This document shows, piece after piece, positions 1-12,475 of a stretch of DNA of 64,000 bases. A model generated the notes under the pieces. It saw nothing but the letters and a program-made list of their open reading frames with translations, had not been told where the DNA came from and made no database searches. The position numbers and the translations under genes were made by a program. The first letter of the stretch is position 1. Every line of letters begins with the position of its first letter. The stretch comes from Cyanophora paradoxa CCMP329 (taxonomy: Eukaryota; Plantae; Glaucophyta), in contig QPMI01000062.1 in the NCBI GenBank assembly GCA_004431415.1, positions 496,001 through 560,000 on the forward strand, read 5' to 3'.

Positions 1-3000
1 GGGAGCGATAGCGTGTACGCACATGCAGAAGGCACTTTAGATTGGCACGGCCCCCCGAATTGAGTCGCGTCGCCGACGATGGATCCGCTTCTCTCGTTCC
101 CTGATTGGTCCACGACCTAATTGCAAAGCCGCTCGTCAGCCTCTATTAATATTGCCCGACCCACCTGAACACTGCGTAGCAGGGCGCACCGTCCGATCGC
201 AGCCGTGGAAGACGTAGCGGAGCTCGAGGGTCGCGTTGGCCGCTCCCCCGTAGAAGACATCGAGCGCGTGCTGCGCGGACAAACCTCCGCTGTACACCCG
301 AAAGTCTGCGCGGAGTCAGGGGCCCAGCATGCATATGACGCGAGGCGGGGCAAAACAAAGAGGAGGAACCGGAGATATATCCGTCGGCAAGGCCCGATTC
401 GCCCTGCTGGCCCCTGCCAATGTAGTGCGCTTCTCGCGCTACTCGCGGGAGGGTCCCGCTGGCGCCCGCGGCCCCAGGGCCCGCGGCCGTCTTAGAGTGA
501 GGCCGGAAGGTGCCGTTCCTGGATGGAGCATATCAGAGTTAAGCAGCGTGAAGAGGCAAGGATCCGATTACAAGTAAGTGAGCGTCCCTACAGTGTTGAA
601 TACCAGAATCACGTGAGAGTACGCTCCAATCTGCAGAGCAAGAGACGCTCTGGTCAGAATCGTGCGGTGGTCCGGACCAACATCAAAGTCTCTACCGGGA
701 TGCCGTTGGTGCCTCCGAACGCCTCGAGGTGGATCAGAGGAGTGCCGCCGCTGTACGCGAGCACGACGAGACTCAAAGTCCCGTTCGTCGCCTGCCAGCG
801 CAGCTCTCAGAGAAGAACGCAGCAGGCTGCGAGCGCGCGCGACGCGTTCAAGCCCACCGAGCCGGTGATGTTTCGCGGGCTGGCGGCGCTGGCAGTCAAG
901 TCGGGCACGACAGCCCCCCTCGGGAGGAATCCGACGGCGATGCTGTTCTGGCCGGACCGGCTTCCGAAGTCGAAGACACGCCTGCAACGACTTCGTTTAG
1001 CGCCAGACCGGCAATCAGCAGCAGTGTCGACATCAAACGTGAGCACGCACGCCCATGTGACTTGCGACTTGCGGGGATTGACCCAGAAGGAGACGGAAAA
1101 TGGGGTACCAAGCAGAAACGTCGGGGCGGCGACGTAGCTGTTCCATCCACTACCCCAGAAGAAGAGCGAAGAAGCTGTTGACAATTCAAGAAGTTAGCTT
1201 ATGGATCGAGCGACGATGTCGCGTTCACGAATGTCGAACCGGGCGCTGGACAGCTGAGCGGCAGAGAAGTGTCACCGTAAAGTTTAGCGTGCCTCTTCCA
1301 GCCGCTCGAGTCCAATGCCTGTGGAATATTGGTTGCTTCAGAGTGCGGACACAGCGTTCCTTTTTATACAGCTTGATCGCGCACCACTGGGCCGCAGCCA
1401 TCAAACGCCAGCCGCTGCTCAAGCGGAGCGGCTACTGCCGTCACGTTGCCCGCAAGGACATCGATCACCTGGTCTTGCGCCAGCACCGCGGAGTATATCC
1501 TCCAATCTGCAGCGGAGCTGATCTCAGGGCGCGCGCAATTGTAACGAGCGCCTGCGAACCAAAGAGCGCAGAGGCTGCGGCGCCTGCGTCGCCCCAGTCC
1601 GACCGAGCGATCCAGTGCTTTGCTCGCTGCTTCTTGGGCCACGGGGCGGCTGCAGCAGGAAGGCTCGTGCCGGTTTTTGCGTGGGGCCGCAGCGTCCCGT
1701 TCAGATACGTCAGAATCGCATCCTCCGCAAGTGTTATAGCGACGTGGTGCCAGCTATTGTCGACGGGAATGCCATACGAGCCTTAAGATGGACGCGTGAA
1801 CAGAAGCAATCGAATGTGAACGTAGTATGTGAACCGTACCCTGGAACAATTTAACTGAAGCTGTTGGCAGACCGCTACCTGTGTAGAGGGAAAGCACGAG
1901 CGAAGTCTTGCCCACGTCCACCTGGCGGGCGGGCAAAGATTAAATCATGAAGATGTACGCAGGCGGATGAGCGTCAATCATTACCGAGCAAATTTGACTT
2001 CCTTGAGCATCAATGAAAGTGCCGTTGTCGGGACAGAAGCTAAGAATGAAGTTGTCTGCCAATTGCACACACGGCGCATATTAATGCAATGTTCTGGAGC
2101 ACAAGATGAATCAAACCATTTCTAGTTACCTAGCGGGGCTCCCGAGCCGAAATCTGCAATCCGCGCCCCCATAACTGGATTGACCTGCAGCAGAATCCTG
2201 CGCTGATGCCTGAGCCATCGAACATCAAGAGGTCCTTGCAATCAGGAATCACCAGAAGCTCAGCGTAAACGGCGTGCCAAGCTCGAACGATGTTGTGTCT
2301 ATGTATGCAGCAGGTTGAGTTTTTAACCCGATGAACACGCCTGTAGCAGGCCGTGCAATGTCGGACTCGAGTACTGTTTGACCTGAGTGCGAAAAAGACT
2401 TTTGAGCGTGCACATGCGGAAAATCATGCACGAAGACGATCGCGAGTTCGCTTGTGAGCAAATGAAAAGTTTGAGCAGCACGCACTCGCGCCCGCAATGT
2501 CAGCGGATGGGACACAGTCCGTCAGAACGACGACGTCTCCCACGAGGCTCGCGTGCCGCTCCCGGCCGCTCGTGTCCCTGGCCTGTTCGAGGATGAGCTT
2601 CGCGCAGAAAGAACTTCGTCTAGATCTTTTGTAGAAAGAACCAAATAGCACAAACCGTCTTTCCGCAACCCGCAAAGGGCAGAAACAGCTGAATGGACGG
2701 CAGGGCGCCTACATCCGGAAAATCCCGGTACAGTCGCAGCACTTGCGTTGCAGTCAGAGCCTCGCTCCAGACGCCGAAGTCTGCAAATCATTCGCTTTGT
2801 CAGCAGAAAAAGAGCAACTCACGAGTGCAGCTCGGTGCATGTGAGACAACGGGCGAATCTACGGACCAGAAAGGGACATATCTCGCGTGTCGAGCAGGTT
2901 GAAGGACGATCCGGACCCGAGCCGGTGGAACGGCCGAGTGGTGCTCGGTATGGACGCGGCACGACCGGCGAGGCTCGTTCCCGTCTTGTTGTGTGCCCTC

Positions 3001-6000
3001 GCCTGCCCGTCGAGGTACGTCGTGATATTGGATTCCGTCACCACGAGCGCGACGTGGTGCCACGATCCGTCGACGGGAATGGCGTTCGTTCCCGTGAACA
3101 TCCGCAGCCGCACGACCCAAGAAGAGCCCACCGCAAGCGCCAGGCCCATGGCGGTCTTTCCAGCGGGGGCCTGCCGACAGTTGAATAAAATACACGTCCC
3201 TGCTGTGGGCGTGCGAGCTATCGCTGAGGGAACGCACGTCGCACGGAATATTGGCCAGGTTCCGCGTCTCGTCCGAATCCAGGCCGCCCGGAGGGCAGAA
3301 GTACCTGGATCGGCTCTATGAGCGTCCTTCCTCTCGAAGAGCATTCGCGCTCAGAACAGTCTATAGCTAGCACCAGGCGAGATTGTCAAAGAAGAAGTCC
3401 CCAGTCGTCGGAGAAGTGCCGTGGAATTCAACGAGGCGCTCGGAGATTCTGGGCGCTTGCTCCAACCGAATCCTGTCCACTCTACGTGAGCCCCTTGCAA
3501 GCGTCTGAGCTCCGAGGACGCGCATGCGCACCAAGCAGAGAGAGTAAAGGGGGTCCCGAGCGCGAACGGTGGGATGTCCACGCGGCGACGCAGGTCGAGG
3601 CTGTTCCCGAAAAAGACACCTGCGCCAGTCCACATGCACGCTCAACTGCCTGACGAGCAGCAAACGAGGAGCGCAACGCACCGCTGCGAGGGGTTTCACA
3701 CGTTTCGACAGTGAGGACATCGCCGACGGCTGTGCCATGGCGGCCGCGCCCGGACTCGTCGAGTACCTAGGTATACAGCCTCGTGCTCGGCTTCGGACCG
3801 AAAGACCACGGCTGAAAACGGGCACGTGTGCACCTTTCCGCGGCATCCCTCAAAAGTGTAATACAGCTCGAGCGATGCCGCAGATGAGCTGCCGCCAGAG
3901 TTGAAGTCGGCGACCACCTCCGCCGCTGTCAGTGCGCTCGAAAAGACGCGGAAGTCTGCGCAAGGTCCGAAGTCAGTTGACACAAGGTCAGATAAGCATT
4001 GGGGCGCCGACCAGCAAGGTGAATGTTGGCAGGGTGGAAGTGTGTAGTATCATCCTGCTGGCCATCCCCCAGGCGAAAAGAGCCCACCAGGCTTGAAACT
4101 GAACCCGCCGGGGGCGCAATCGTATTTGCAAGCCGGGTCCCGTTGAAGTAGAATGAAGCTGACGATGCAGTGATGACAATCTGGATCCCCGCGCCAGCTT
4201 TATCAGCTCTGACCATCAGCACGTGTTCATCGAAAACTTTTGGCAGTTACCGCGCAGTGATGAAAGTACCCATCGTTTACCTGTTCAGCAGGCGAAATGA
4301 GATTTGAGGTTCTTGAGAATGCCAATTAATTTATTGTTCTATTGCGGCAAACGTCGAGGTCTATATTCGATCTCTTTGAATATACGGCGTGCGAACCGGA
4401 ATGCCGCCAGTGGTCGGAAAGACGTTGACTGACTGCGCAGTAGTACCAGTTTTGTACGCATGGATTTTGACGTTGACGCGACCAACACCGGCCTGCGCCG
4501 GAATGCATATGTTATCAAAAAAGAGAGCTAAAACAGCGGCGATGAGCTCGGAAGGGTGTACTTACACCGCACGAAGAATCAGAGTCATCGCACAGGTTGA
4601 CGGAGAATCCGCCGCTAGAGCTCGATCCAAAGTCCAAGATGCTGTTTATTAGCGATGCGTGTCAGTGTTATCTTGTGTCCACGAGATAAACATTCTGAAA
4701 TTCGATTTACCGGGTCCATGCCGAGCTCGTGGCTGTTTGAAGCCGAGCTGCTCGAGGCGATATCCAGAACGTGAACGTCTGCGAGCACGATAATTGAGTA
4801 TGTAATCGAGGACCATATGTACGTATGAACTCAGAGAGGGCGGACCATGGGTGCACCCAGCGCGAAGTTCGGCGCCAGGACGTATCGGTCGATGGTTGGG
4901 ATATCTGCAATTGGGCCCCCTTCCGAATTCGTCCCGAAGTATATACCTGTGCAAAGCAATTGCAAGCCCGCTCAAGTCAATTGCCACGTCTGATGTGAAA
5001 AAAGGCAACAATGCCAGCTGCAGCGGACGCACCCTGCTTGGATCCGGGGCAGTCATGCAGAGGGTAAAGGCCGTCTTCCGCCGTCGCGTGCCGCCTGTTG
5101 AGGGACTCGTCGAAGATCTGTCCACCCGCGCAGCTCGCCCGGTGAGGACGGGGAGTTGTATCCACAGAGACGACATCACGCCCGCACCTGGCCGCGGCAG
5201 CCCTTCATCGAGTACGAGAGCTCGAGGGGGGCGGCGGGGACCGCCCCTCTGAACGCTGCGGCCGCCTCCGCCGCGGACAGGTCACGGGAGTAGACGCGGA
5301 AGTCTGAGCTCGAGGGGGCTCACGGTCAGGCAACAATAGCAGTCTAGTGACGTCTTCACCCTGAGCGCACCTGCAAGCCGCACCCCAACGGGGTACGGAT
5401 TCGACCAGTGGCTTTTCCCGATGTAGTGCTTTGCACGAGTAATGGTGGGGATGGCGGTCGCGAGCGGGAGCCCAGTGCGTGCTGTCACCGTGCCGACGCC
5501 GGCCCCGCTGGTCCCGTTCACTGCAGGATCCCGGCGCTCGAAGCGTCCACAGCACAAAATGCGAGGCGGCACGCACGGTACGCGGCAGTCTTCGTCGCTG
5601 AAATTGAGATCACGAGGTGGTGAAAGTAACCGTCGACCTGTGCGCGAGCCAGCTTCAGTCGTGGGCACAGGGCCCTTGCCGCGATCGTTGCCCGGTATTC
5701 TTGGCCAGTCACAATCAGGAAGCCCTCCGGCGGGCGTATGTACACGTACCGGGATGCCCCCGTTGGTGAAGAGGTTGTTCTCGACCCTGCTCGAGCCGCC
5801 GATCCGGAGGTCGATGACCAGATTCATCTTCCCAGCGACCACCTGAGCAACGGGGAGAGACGGCCTCAGCGGAGTGGCCCTCTGCACATATATGGCCACT
5901 CCCGGGATCGCACGTCGCAGCTCGATGATGTGTGCGGACAAAAGAAGATGACCAGGTTGTCATCATCTGCAGCATCCCCGAAGTCGATTACCCTGAAGAA

Positions 6001-6824
6001 TTTGAATTGCCGGTAGACGTCAGCAATGCGAGAAAAATTGTAGTGGAGGGATCGTACCTCGCGAGCGCGCCGATTCCCGCCGGTATACGGATCCAGAACT
6101 CGAAGCTCTGGGGAGCGTCAATAGGCATGCGACTGGGGCTTGCCATGCCTACTGAATGGCGATCGAGGGCGGCCGCGGCCGCGGGCAGCGCACCATGGGG
6201 GTGCCAAGGGGAAAAGAGGGCGCCAGTGCGTAGCCCGCGGGACCGAAAGCCGCACCTGAGCGGTGGGCAGGAGCATCAGTAGAGTGGGGTGCACGTGCAC
6301 GTGACGGCGGGGGAGGGGGGGCGGGGGAAAGAGGGGGGGTGGGGGTGGGGGGGGGGGGGGTGGGGTGACGACGGATCCGATGATCGGAGGCGGAGAATGG
6401 AGAGTCCGGCGACGGACATGCGGATGGGGCAGGAGTGACGGCGCGAGGGGGAAAAGGAGGGGGGAGGCGTGGGGATGGGGGGGGGGGAAGCGGGGGGGGG
6501 GAAGCGGGGGGGGGATATTTGGGGGAGACGGAGGGGGGGGGGGGGGATGGTGGATAGTTGAGGCCCTAGGGACTGTAAGCGGCGGGCTAGCGCTGTGGGT
6601 ACGGAAATTCAAAGCAGTAGGTACGGAGGGGGGGGGAGGGGGGGCACGGAGGTCACAGGATCGACACGATAGGCCTAGGCCTAGGCCTGGGGCGCTGCAC
6701 GGTAGCTCTAGCCCCGCGGCCCAAGCCACAAGCGTGCACCTTGCGACCGTGGCCCCGCGCCCGACGTGGGACGCATGAAGAGAACGATGGCCATGAGGAA
6801 GAGTGCAATTGGAACGGGTCGCAT
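1..6824 (-). CDS. Secreted protein with at least 5 tandem LamG/concanavalin A-like domains (multi-exon, 3' end beyond the left edge)
   Basis: ATG at 6824 gives a signal-peptide-like MRPVPIALFLMAIVLFMRPTSGA. Intron 6256-6739 (GT..AG, phase 1) joins it in frame to GAAFGPAGYALAPSFPLGTPM|SFEFWIR. Recurring LamG motifs: LGTPF(S/T)xSFW (about 6200, 3550, 2270, 1100), DG(Y/S)(F/W)HH(L/V) (about 5620, 3060), RAKHYIGKSHW, and DFR(V/I)(Y/F)SxxL...F.GC (about 3950, 2780, 1500, 300). Confidence 0.75.
6301..6650. repeat. G-tract low-complexity block inside the unusually long first intron of the LamG gene
   Basis: Many runs of 6 to more than 10 G on the + strand. The flanking exons splice in frame around the block. 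Confidence 0.7.
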
Positions 6825-7407
6825 AGACCGCAGGGGGCTGGGGTGGCGAGTCAGTAACGTGAACGCGATATAGAACAGCGCGCTAGCTCCACGCCTAGGC
6901 CGGTGCACTTACGTATGCATATCCGTTCTCCCGCATGCGGAGGCATGTACACATGGATACGAGCGCCGCGCTCGAGCGTCGAAAGATCCAGAATCCGCAT
7001 ATGCATGCATATGCATGATCTCCGCGGCCGCGCCTTCTTCGAGCGAAGTCCGCGGCCGAACGAACAAAGCTTCTAGCTACGAGTTAAAACCTATATAGCT
7101 GCGGCGCTGATCATGAGCTCGGGTCCGCCCAAGTTCCAGATGATCAATCAGCCGGTCGCGGCCGCCCGCGCCGATGATATCATGATCGTGAGACGGTCTG
7201 GCGGCGGGGGCGTGTTCGCCGAAGTGCAATGGCATGCTCAGCGACTGCAGCTGCGAAGCTATAGGTTTCCTTCGCGCGAGCTCGAACGCTGCAGCTCCAG
7301 GTCTGTGCCACGCGTGCCACGCGAGCGGGCCTGCAGCTGGGTTGCGGGCCTGCGGCGCCGGCCGTGGGAGGCTGCGGCCGCGGGCTTGCTAGGCGCCGGC
7401 TGCGAGC

Positions 7408-7912
7408 CAGTGATGTTATCATGATACGGCCGCCCAAAAAGTCATGATATCATTATCATCATCATATCATATCATATCATATCATTATCACCATACAAAG
7501 TTCCCGGCGCTGTGAAACAGTGAAAGTTGCTGCAAAGATGGTCGTTTTGACACGAAAATCGACAGAAGAAGCATAGAGCTGCACTATAATCCTACTCAGA
7601 CACATCCTCTACATCTGGCGCTAGCGCTGTGATGGCGATGGGCCAGAGGGGGGTACCGGTGGAGGCACTGTGATGGCAAGAACATCGCTATTTCGGTGCG
7701 CTTTCTGCTCAAGATCATGTTACTCACTCTCTCGATTACTTATTTAACTCTGCTAAGGTGTTTGGAGCGCGAGAAACTCGCGGTTTGGGGGGTCTGTGGG
7801 GGGGATCTATCATCATCATGATAGCCATGATGACAGGGGGGTCCGTATCATGATGATATCATGCATCATATCATTATCATGATAGAACATCATTATCATG
7901 ATAACATCACTG
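7408..7912. mobile_element. Non-autonomous hAT-type DNA transposon (MITE), 505 bp
   Basis: Perfect 19-bp TIR CAGTGATGTTATCATGATA (7408-7426, reverse complement at 7894-7912). Perfect 8-bp TSD CTGCGAGC (7400-7407 and 7913-7920). Subterminal (ATCAT)n repeats at both ends and no ORF. CAG termini with an 8-bp TSD are typical of hAT elements. Confidence 0.9.
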
Positions 7913-9727
7913 CTGCGAGCTGCATGCGCAGCCGCTGGCACCGCTGCTGAGCTGTCAGCCGTCGACGCGTACGCGGCAACTGTAGCCGGCCGCGCCCGCG
8001 ACTAGCTCAGCGGCTGCAGCTAGGGCCAGCCTAGGGGTATCCCGGGCTATATCCCCTGAAGGAGCCGATCGGCCAAGGATCCGGAGGCTCCGGAGCTTCG
8101 AACTTTCGATCGGCGTTTGAGCTCTCGAGGTACTGCGCTGCCCCGGGTACGCGTGCAGGCGCCGCCCGCTGCCGCTGCAGCTGCCGATCGCTCGCGGCCG
8201 CCGCCTACGCGCTGGCGCCCCAGCAAGCAGCTGCACGCCCGGCCTTTCTCGAGCTCTGAGCAGAGCAGATCCTATAGATGTCGCGATTGATGCCTCGCGC
8301 AAAGCTGTACGCGCAAGCGTGCGAGTCGGCCTCCAGCGAGCTTTCGAAGATCCCGCCGGATTCGCTATCCTGCCCGGCCGCGCCCGCGATCGGAAGCTCG
8401 GCTCGCAGTTCATGATATCGATCGACCACCGTGGCCCCATGGCACGTCTCGGCTACGACCGCCGTTTATGCCAACGTGGAGGGCGCGTCGAAGCTTGCGT
8501 TCCATCAGGGCCTGCCAGGCTGAATCAGCGAGCTGAGCTGCAGGCTGCAGGCTTCGCTGGCGGGTACGCGGGTTGCGCTCGCGGTGGCGCGCGCCGGCGG
8601 CCGCGGCAGCGCCTGCAGCTGCAGCTGGCGCTCCCGCCGCCTGCAAGCCCGCTGCATCACAGTTGCGCTGGCGAGCATGCAGCTCGAGTGGTTATGCAGC
8701 TGTTATGCAGCTCGTCCAGCAGTCGAGTCGCCGCCGCGCCGCGGCCGCACGTGCCCCGGACGCGTTAGCCCTCGAAGATTCCCGGGTGACGGGCTCGGCC
8801 GCTAGCGCTCGCTCCGAGGCTCAGCGGCTCACTGCGCGGTGCGTGTGCACATGCCGTGCCGTCCGGCCGGGGCCCGGCCCGTAGGACCCTGTGCCTCGCG
8901 CACCTGATCATGACCCGATTGCAGGACTCGGACTCTGGGAGGGCGCCAGTGTGCTACTGTCGTGGGCGCCGCGGCACGGCGCGGGAGGGCTCAGCCCGAG
9001 GCCGGGCGGGATGCACGGCTGACCGCCCCTCCGCCTCGTGGAGAGCGGGCGGGGCCGTCGCCCCAGGCCTCTTAAGCTTGTCGCGGGGCTATCGGACCTT
9101 CCCCACGGCTGGGCCGCCGAGGGCGGCATCTGGAGGGTCGGGGGGCGGCCGGAAAAGGCGACGGCGCCGCAGCGGGCAGGTTCCCCGCCCCGCACCGCCC
9201 CGCCCCGCCCCAGATCGAGGAGGCCGCGCGCCGCTGGTCGGGAGGCGACGCGCCCCGCGGGCCGGCGGCGCCGCGGGCGCGAGGGTCGGACCCAGGGGCG
9301 GCGGCGGCGGCGGCGGCGGCGGCGGGCGGGGGTGGGCGCAGGCCGGCAGCGCTGCGGGCGCAAGGCCTAGGGTCGGACCCCGGGGAGGGAGGTGACCCGT
9401 CGGCCTTCTCCGGGAACCCGCCCCGACCTTGGCCTCCGATATCCGGGCCTGCTTCTCCTCGCGTACGCGTGCGTCACGGCGTGGCGAGAAATAGGCGCTT
9501 TGAGATCTAGATGCGTGCGTACGCGTGTGGCATCGATATCTTTGACACGCATCAAGACGTCTCTAAGCGGATTCCGAGGGGCTCCGGGTGTCAGCGGGGA
9601 TCTAGATCTCGCCGAGGCGACGCAGGGAGCCTCGACGGAATCGGGGGGGGCGGCGGGAGAGGGGGGGTGGGGGCGGCAGCCTAAGCGGCGGCTCGTACTC
9701 TAGTCCCTCGGATATCGAACCGGACTT

Positions 9728-12221
9728 TTTCATGTATCATGAAAGCCACGAGCGCCACGTGCTTGACCATGGGCAGCCTTGTGATGAGCGGCCTACATAG
9801 CTAGGGCCCGGGCCCGGGCGGGCCAGCTGCAGGCAGCGAACCGCAGACCTCCGAGGCTGGCGATCGGACGGAGCTGAGGGGGCTCCCGGCCCGGCGGGCC
9901 AGCCCAGGAAGGGGGTGAATTTTCTAGATCGATATCTTGAATGACAGTGACCTGGCAATCCAATTGCAATCAGTGGATCTCGAAGACCTGGCAATCATTG
10001 AATCCAACTGCAATCAGTCAAGCTTCGGCCCCTTCGCCGAGTCGGTTGAACTCGGAAGCTTAAGGTCACAAGCAGGGGGGCTCCGCCCCCCCGCACCCCC
10101 CCAGTGTTATTTAGGAGTCTTTGATTTCTTGTGGTCTATTCTTCTTCTTCTACGTACTACTTCTACTACTACTACTTATTAATTGAACAAAGAATGAGAA
10201 TGAAGTACTAAAGTTGTAAAGACAGAACAGAAGAAGCTGAAGCACTGAACATAAAGAACACAGATGTGAGTGCATGGAAGATGTAGAAATTAAACACTGA
10301 TCATGTAATCTGGAAACAATGCACGAGATGCAATGTAGTCCAAAGCGAGGCTTCATCATTTATGGTTTGTCATGAAACACAGTGCTTTGCAATTGGTGTT
10401 TAATTCTTGGCTGGCAAAGAAATTAAAGGGCGATTTGATATTCTTAGCTATAGCTATAGCTTTAGCCAGGAAGATGAGAAGAAGAGCTAAAGCACTGAAC
10501 AATTGCAAGAAGTTTGAAATTGCACACATGAATCTCTTGTGGTTCATGATCAATCGTATTACAAAGAACGAAAATGAAGCTGAAGCACTGAAGAAGAGAG
10601 CATTTCAGAACAGATCCAGAAACAATGAAGTGATCACAAAACAATACAAAAGAAGCACATGCAATGTATACGTATTTCAAAGTTTTGATCATTTATGTTC
10701 TAGATCTGTCATCGAACATCGAGTTTTGGTGTTAAATACTGGCCATGGCTGGCAAAGCAAGGGCAATCCTTAGCAGGAAAGTGGGCAAGAAGCTTGAACG
10801 TTAACATGTATTGCAGCAGTGATATACTGTCGAAGTCCCTGTAGCTTTGTACCCCTGTACCTCAGTCTGCCTGTACCCCCAATACACCACCTTGCCAGCT
10901 ATCTAGCCTGGCAACACATTGCGGCACTGATCATGAACAATTGCAAGAAGCTTAAGAATTGAACACTTCAATTGGCAACTTGGCAAAAACAACCTGGCAA
11001 GGTTGTAGAAGAATTGATCATGAACAAGTCAATCATTGATCATTTTATTTCATGCATGTAACACGCAACAATATTTTATGCATGCAATGATGCCATGATG
11101 AATAATGCATGCATCATGATCAATGTAAAGATCTAGATGCCACTGATCTAGATGTTAAACAAACAATGCAAGTACAATCTCTTCAATTTCAATTTGGCAA
11201 GTTTCTGTTTTGTTTGTTGTGAATGTGTGAACGTTGTGTTAGTGTTGTGTTTTTTTGTTTTTTGTCTTGTTTTGTTGTTTGTACATTGTGGAACATATGC
11301 TTTTCTTTTTGTTGTACATGCCAAGATGTTTAATGTATTATTTATTGTTTGCCAAGAATCGAACTGGTTCTGAATCGGCACTGAGCAATCAAGTGCACCA
11401 CAGCACTAAAGGGACTTTCCATTGACAGAACTGCCGGATACCCAATTTCAGCCACAAAACTCCACTCTGTGGCAGATCTTCCCACTTCATACTTCCAAGC
11501 TCACTGGCAAGGGCAGCGGCTGCCGCTACTTTTTTTAAGAAGTCACAGAGTCATACATCACTCAGTGACTTTTCCTTCTCATGTGGAGCCTGTCTCAGTG
11601 ACCACAGTGAGTCAAGGCAGCACTGGCAGCCTTCAAGTGCATATCGAATTGAGTATACCAATGAGAGCGACAACTCAACCACTGGCCTGCGATTCACAAG
11701 TTCCCCACTTACCAAACATGCTGGCACGACTGTTGGCAGCCCAGGCTGGACCACCCATGGAGCACAGTCCAGTCAGTGACTTTGACTGTTCGCACCGCTC
11801 TCAATGCTGGCAGTTTGAGTCTGCCGTAGTACTAAACGGAATTTTCTTCCAAGGGGAACATGGGTTAATCTACTATGTAGCATGATCATCGGATCAGAGT
11901 CACAGTCAGTCACTGGCAGAGTCACCCGGTGACCCAGTGTCCAAATCGGGATCCGATGATCACCGGATCATGCCATGATGGATCATGTGCATCATGCCAT
12001 GATGATCATGATCATCATGGCAAGATCACGACCCGAGGGGGCCCCGGGCTCATGATGGCGATCAGTTATCGCTGATTCAGTGACGGCGTCCGCGGTGCTC
12101 CACAGGCTCCGCGCCGGTTGAAGGCCGGGACCCCCTAGCTGTAGCCGCAGCCCGCGGCCGGCAGGGGACCGCCCCGTCGAAGGGCTCCGAGGGCTCGGCG
12201 TAAGCTTCATGATTCATGAAA
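9728..12221. mobile_element. Probable decayed repeat/transposon relic (AT-rich, CpG-poor island)
   Basis: Abrupt AT-rich core at about 10090-12050 with TG/CA excess, degenerate internal direct repeats and weakly inverted ends. No recognisable ORF and no TSD found. Confidence 0.35.
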
Positions 12222-12475
12222 CGCTCACCGCGTGAGCCGGTAAACGTGTTGAAATACAGACACTGGCGAGGCCTAGGCACACTTGTACACTCGCTATATA
12301 GGGTTATCCGGGACTGTTGACTGCTGCTGAATACCGAAACTCTGAGGCTCTGCTGCCCGCCCTGACTGCGATCCCATGACCCCGGACCGACTGCCGAAAG
12401 AAATGCCCGACTCTGTGAAAGATAGGACAAAAAGGACTCCGCCTGAAACCCCGCCCGGGGCCCGCGCCGCGCCCC

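Noticed and set aside
6118-6729. Proline-rich extensin-like ORF
   Set aside because: It is mostly the translation of G-tracts in intron 1; the flanking exons splice in frame around it.
10372-11885. ORFs in the AT-rich island as genes or a transposase
   Set aside because: Short, low-complexity, with no recognisable catalytic motifs and composition unlike neighbouring genes.
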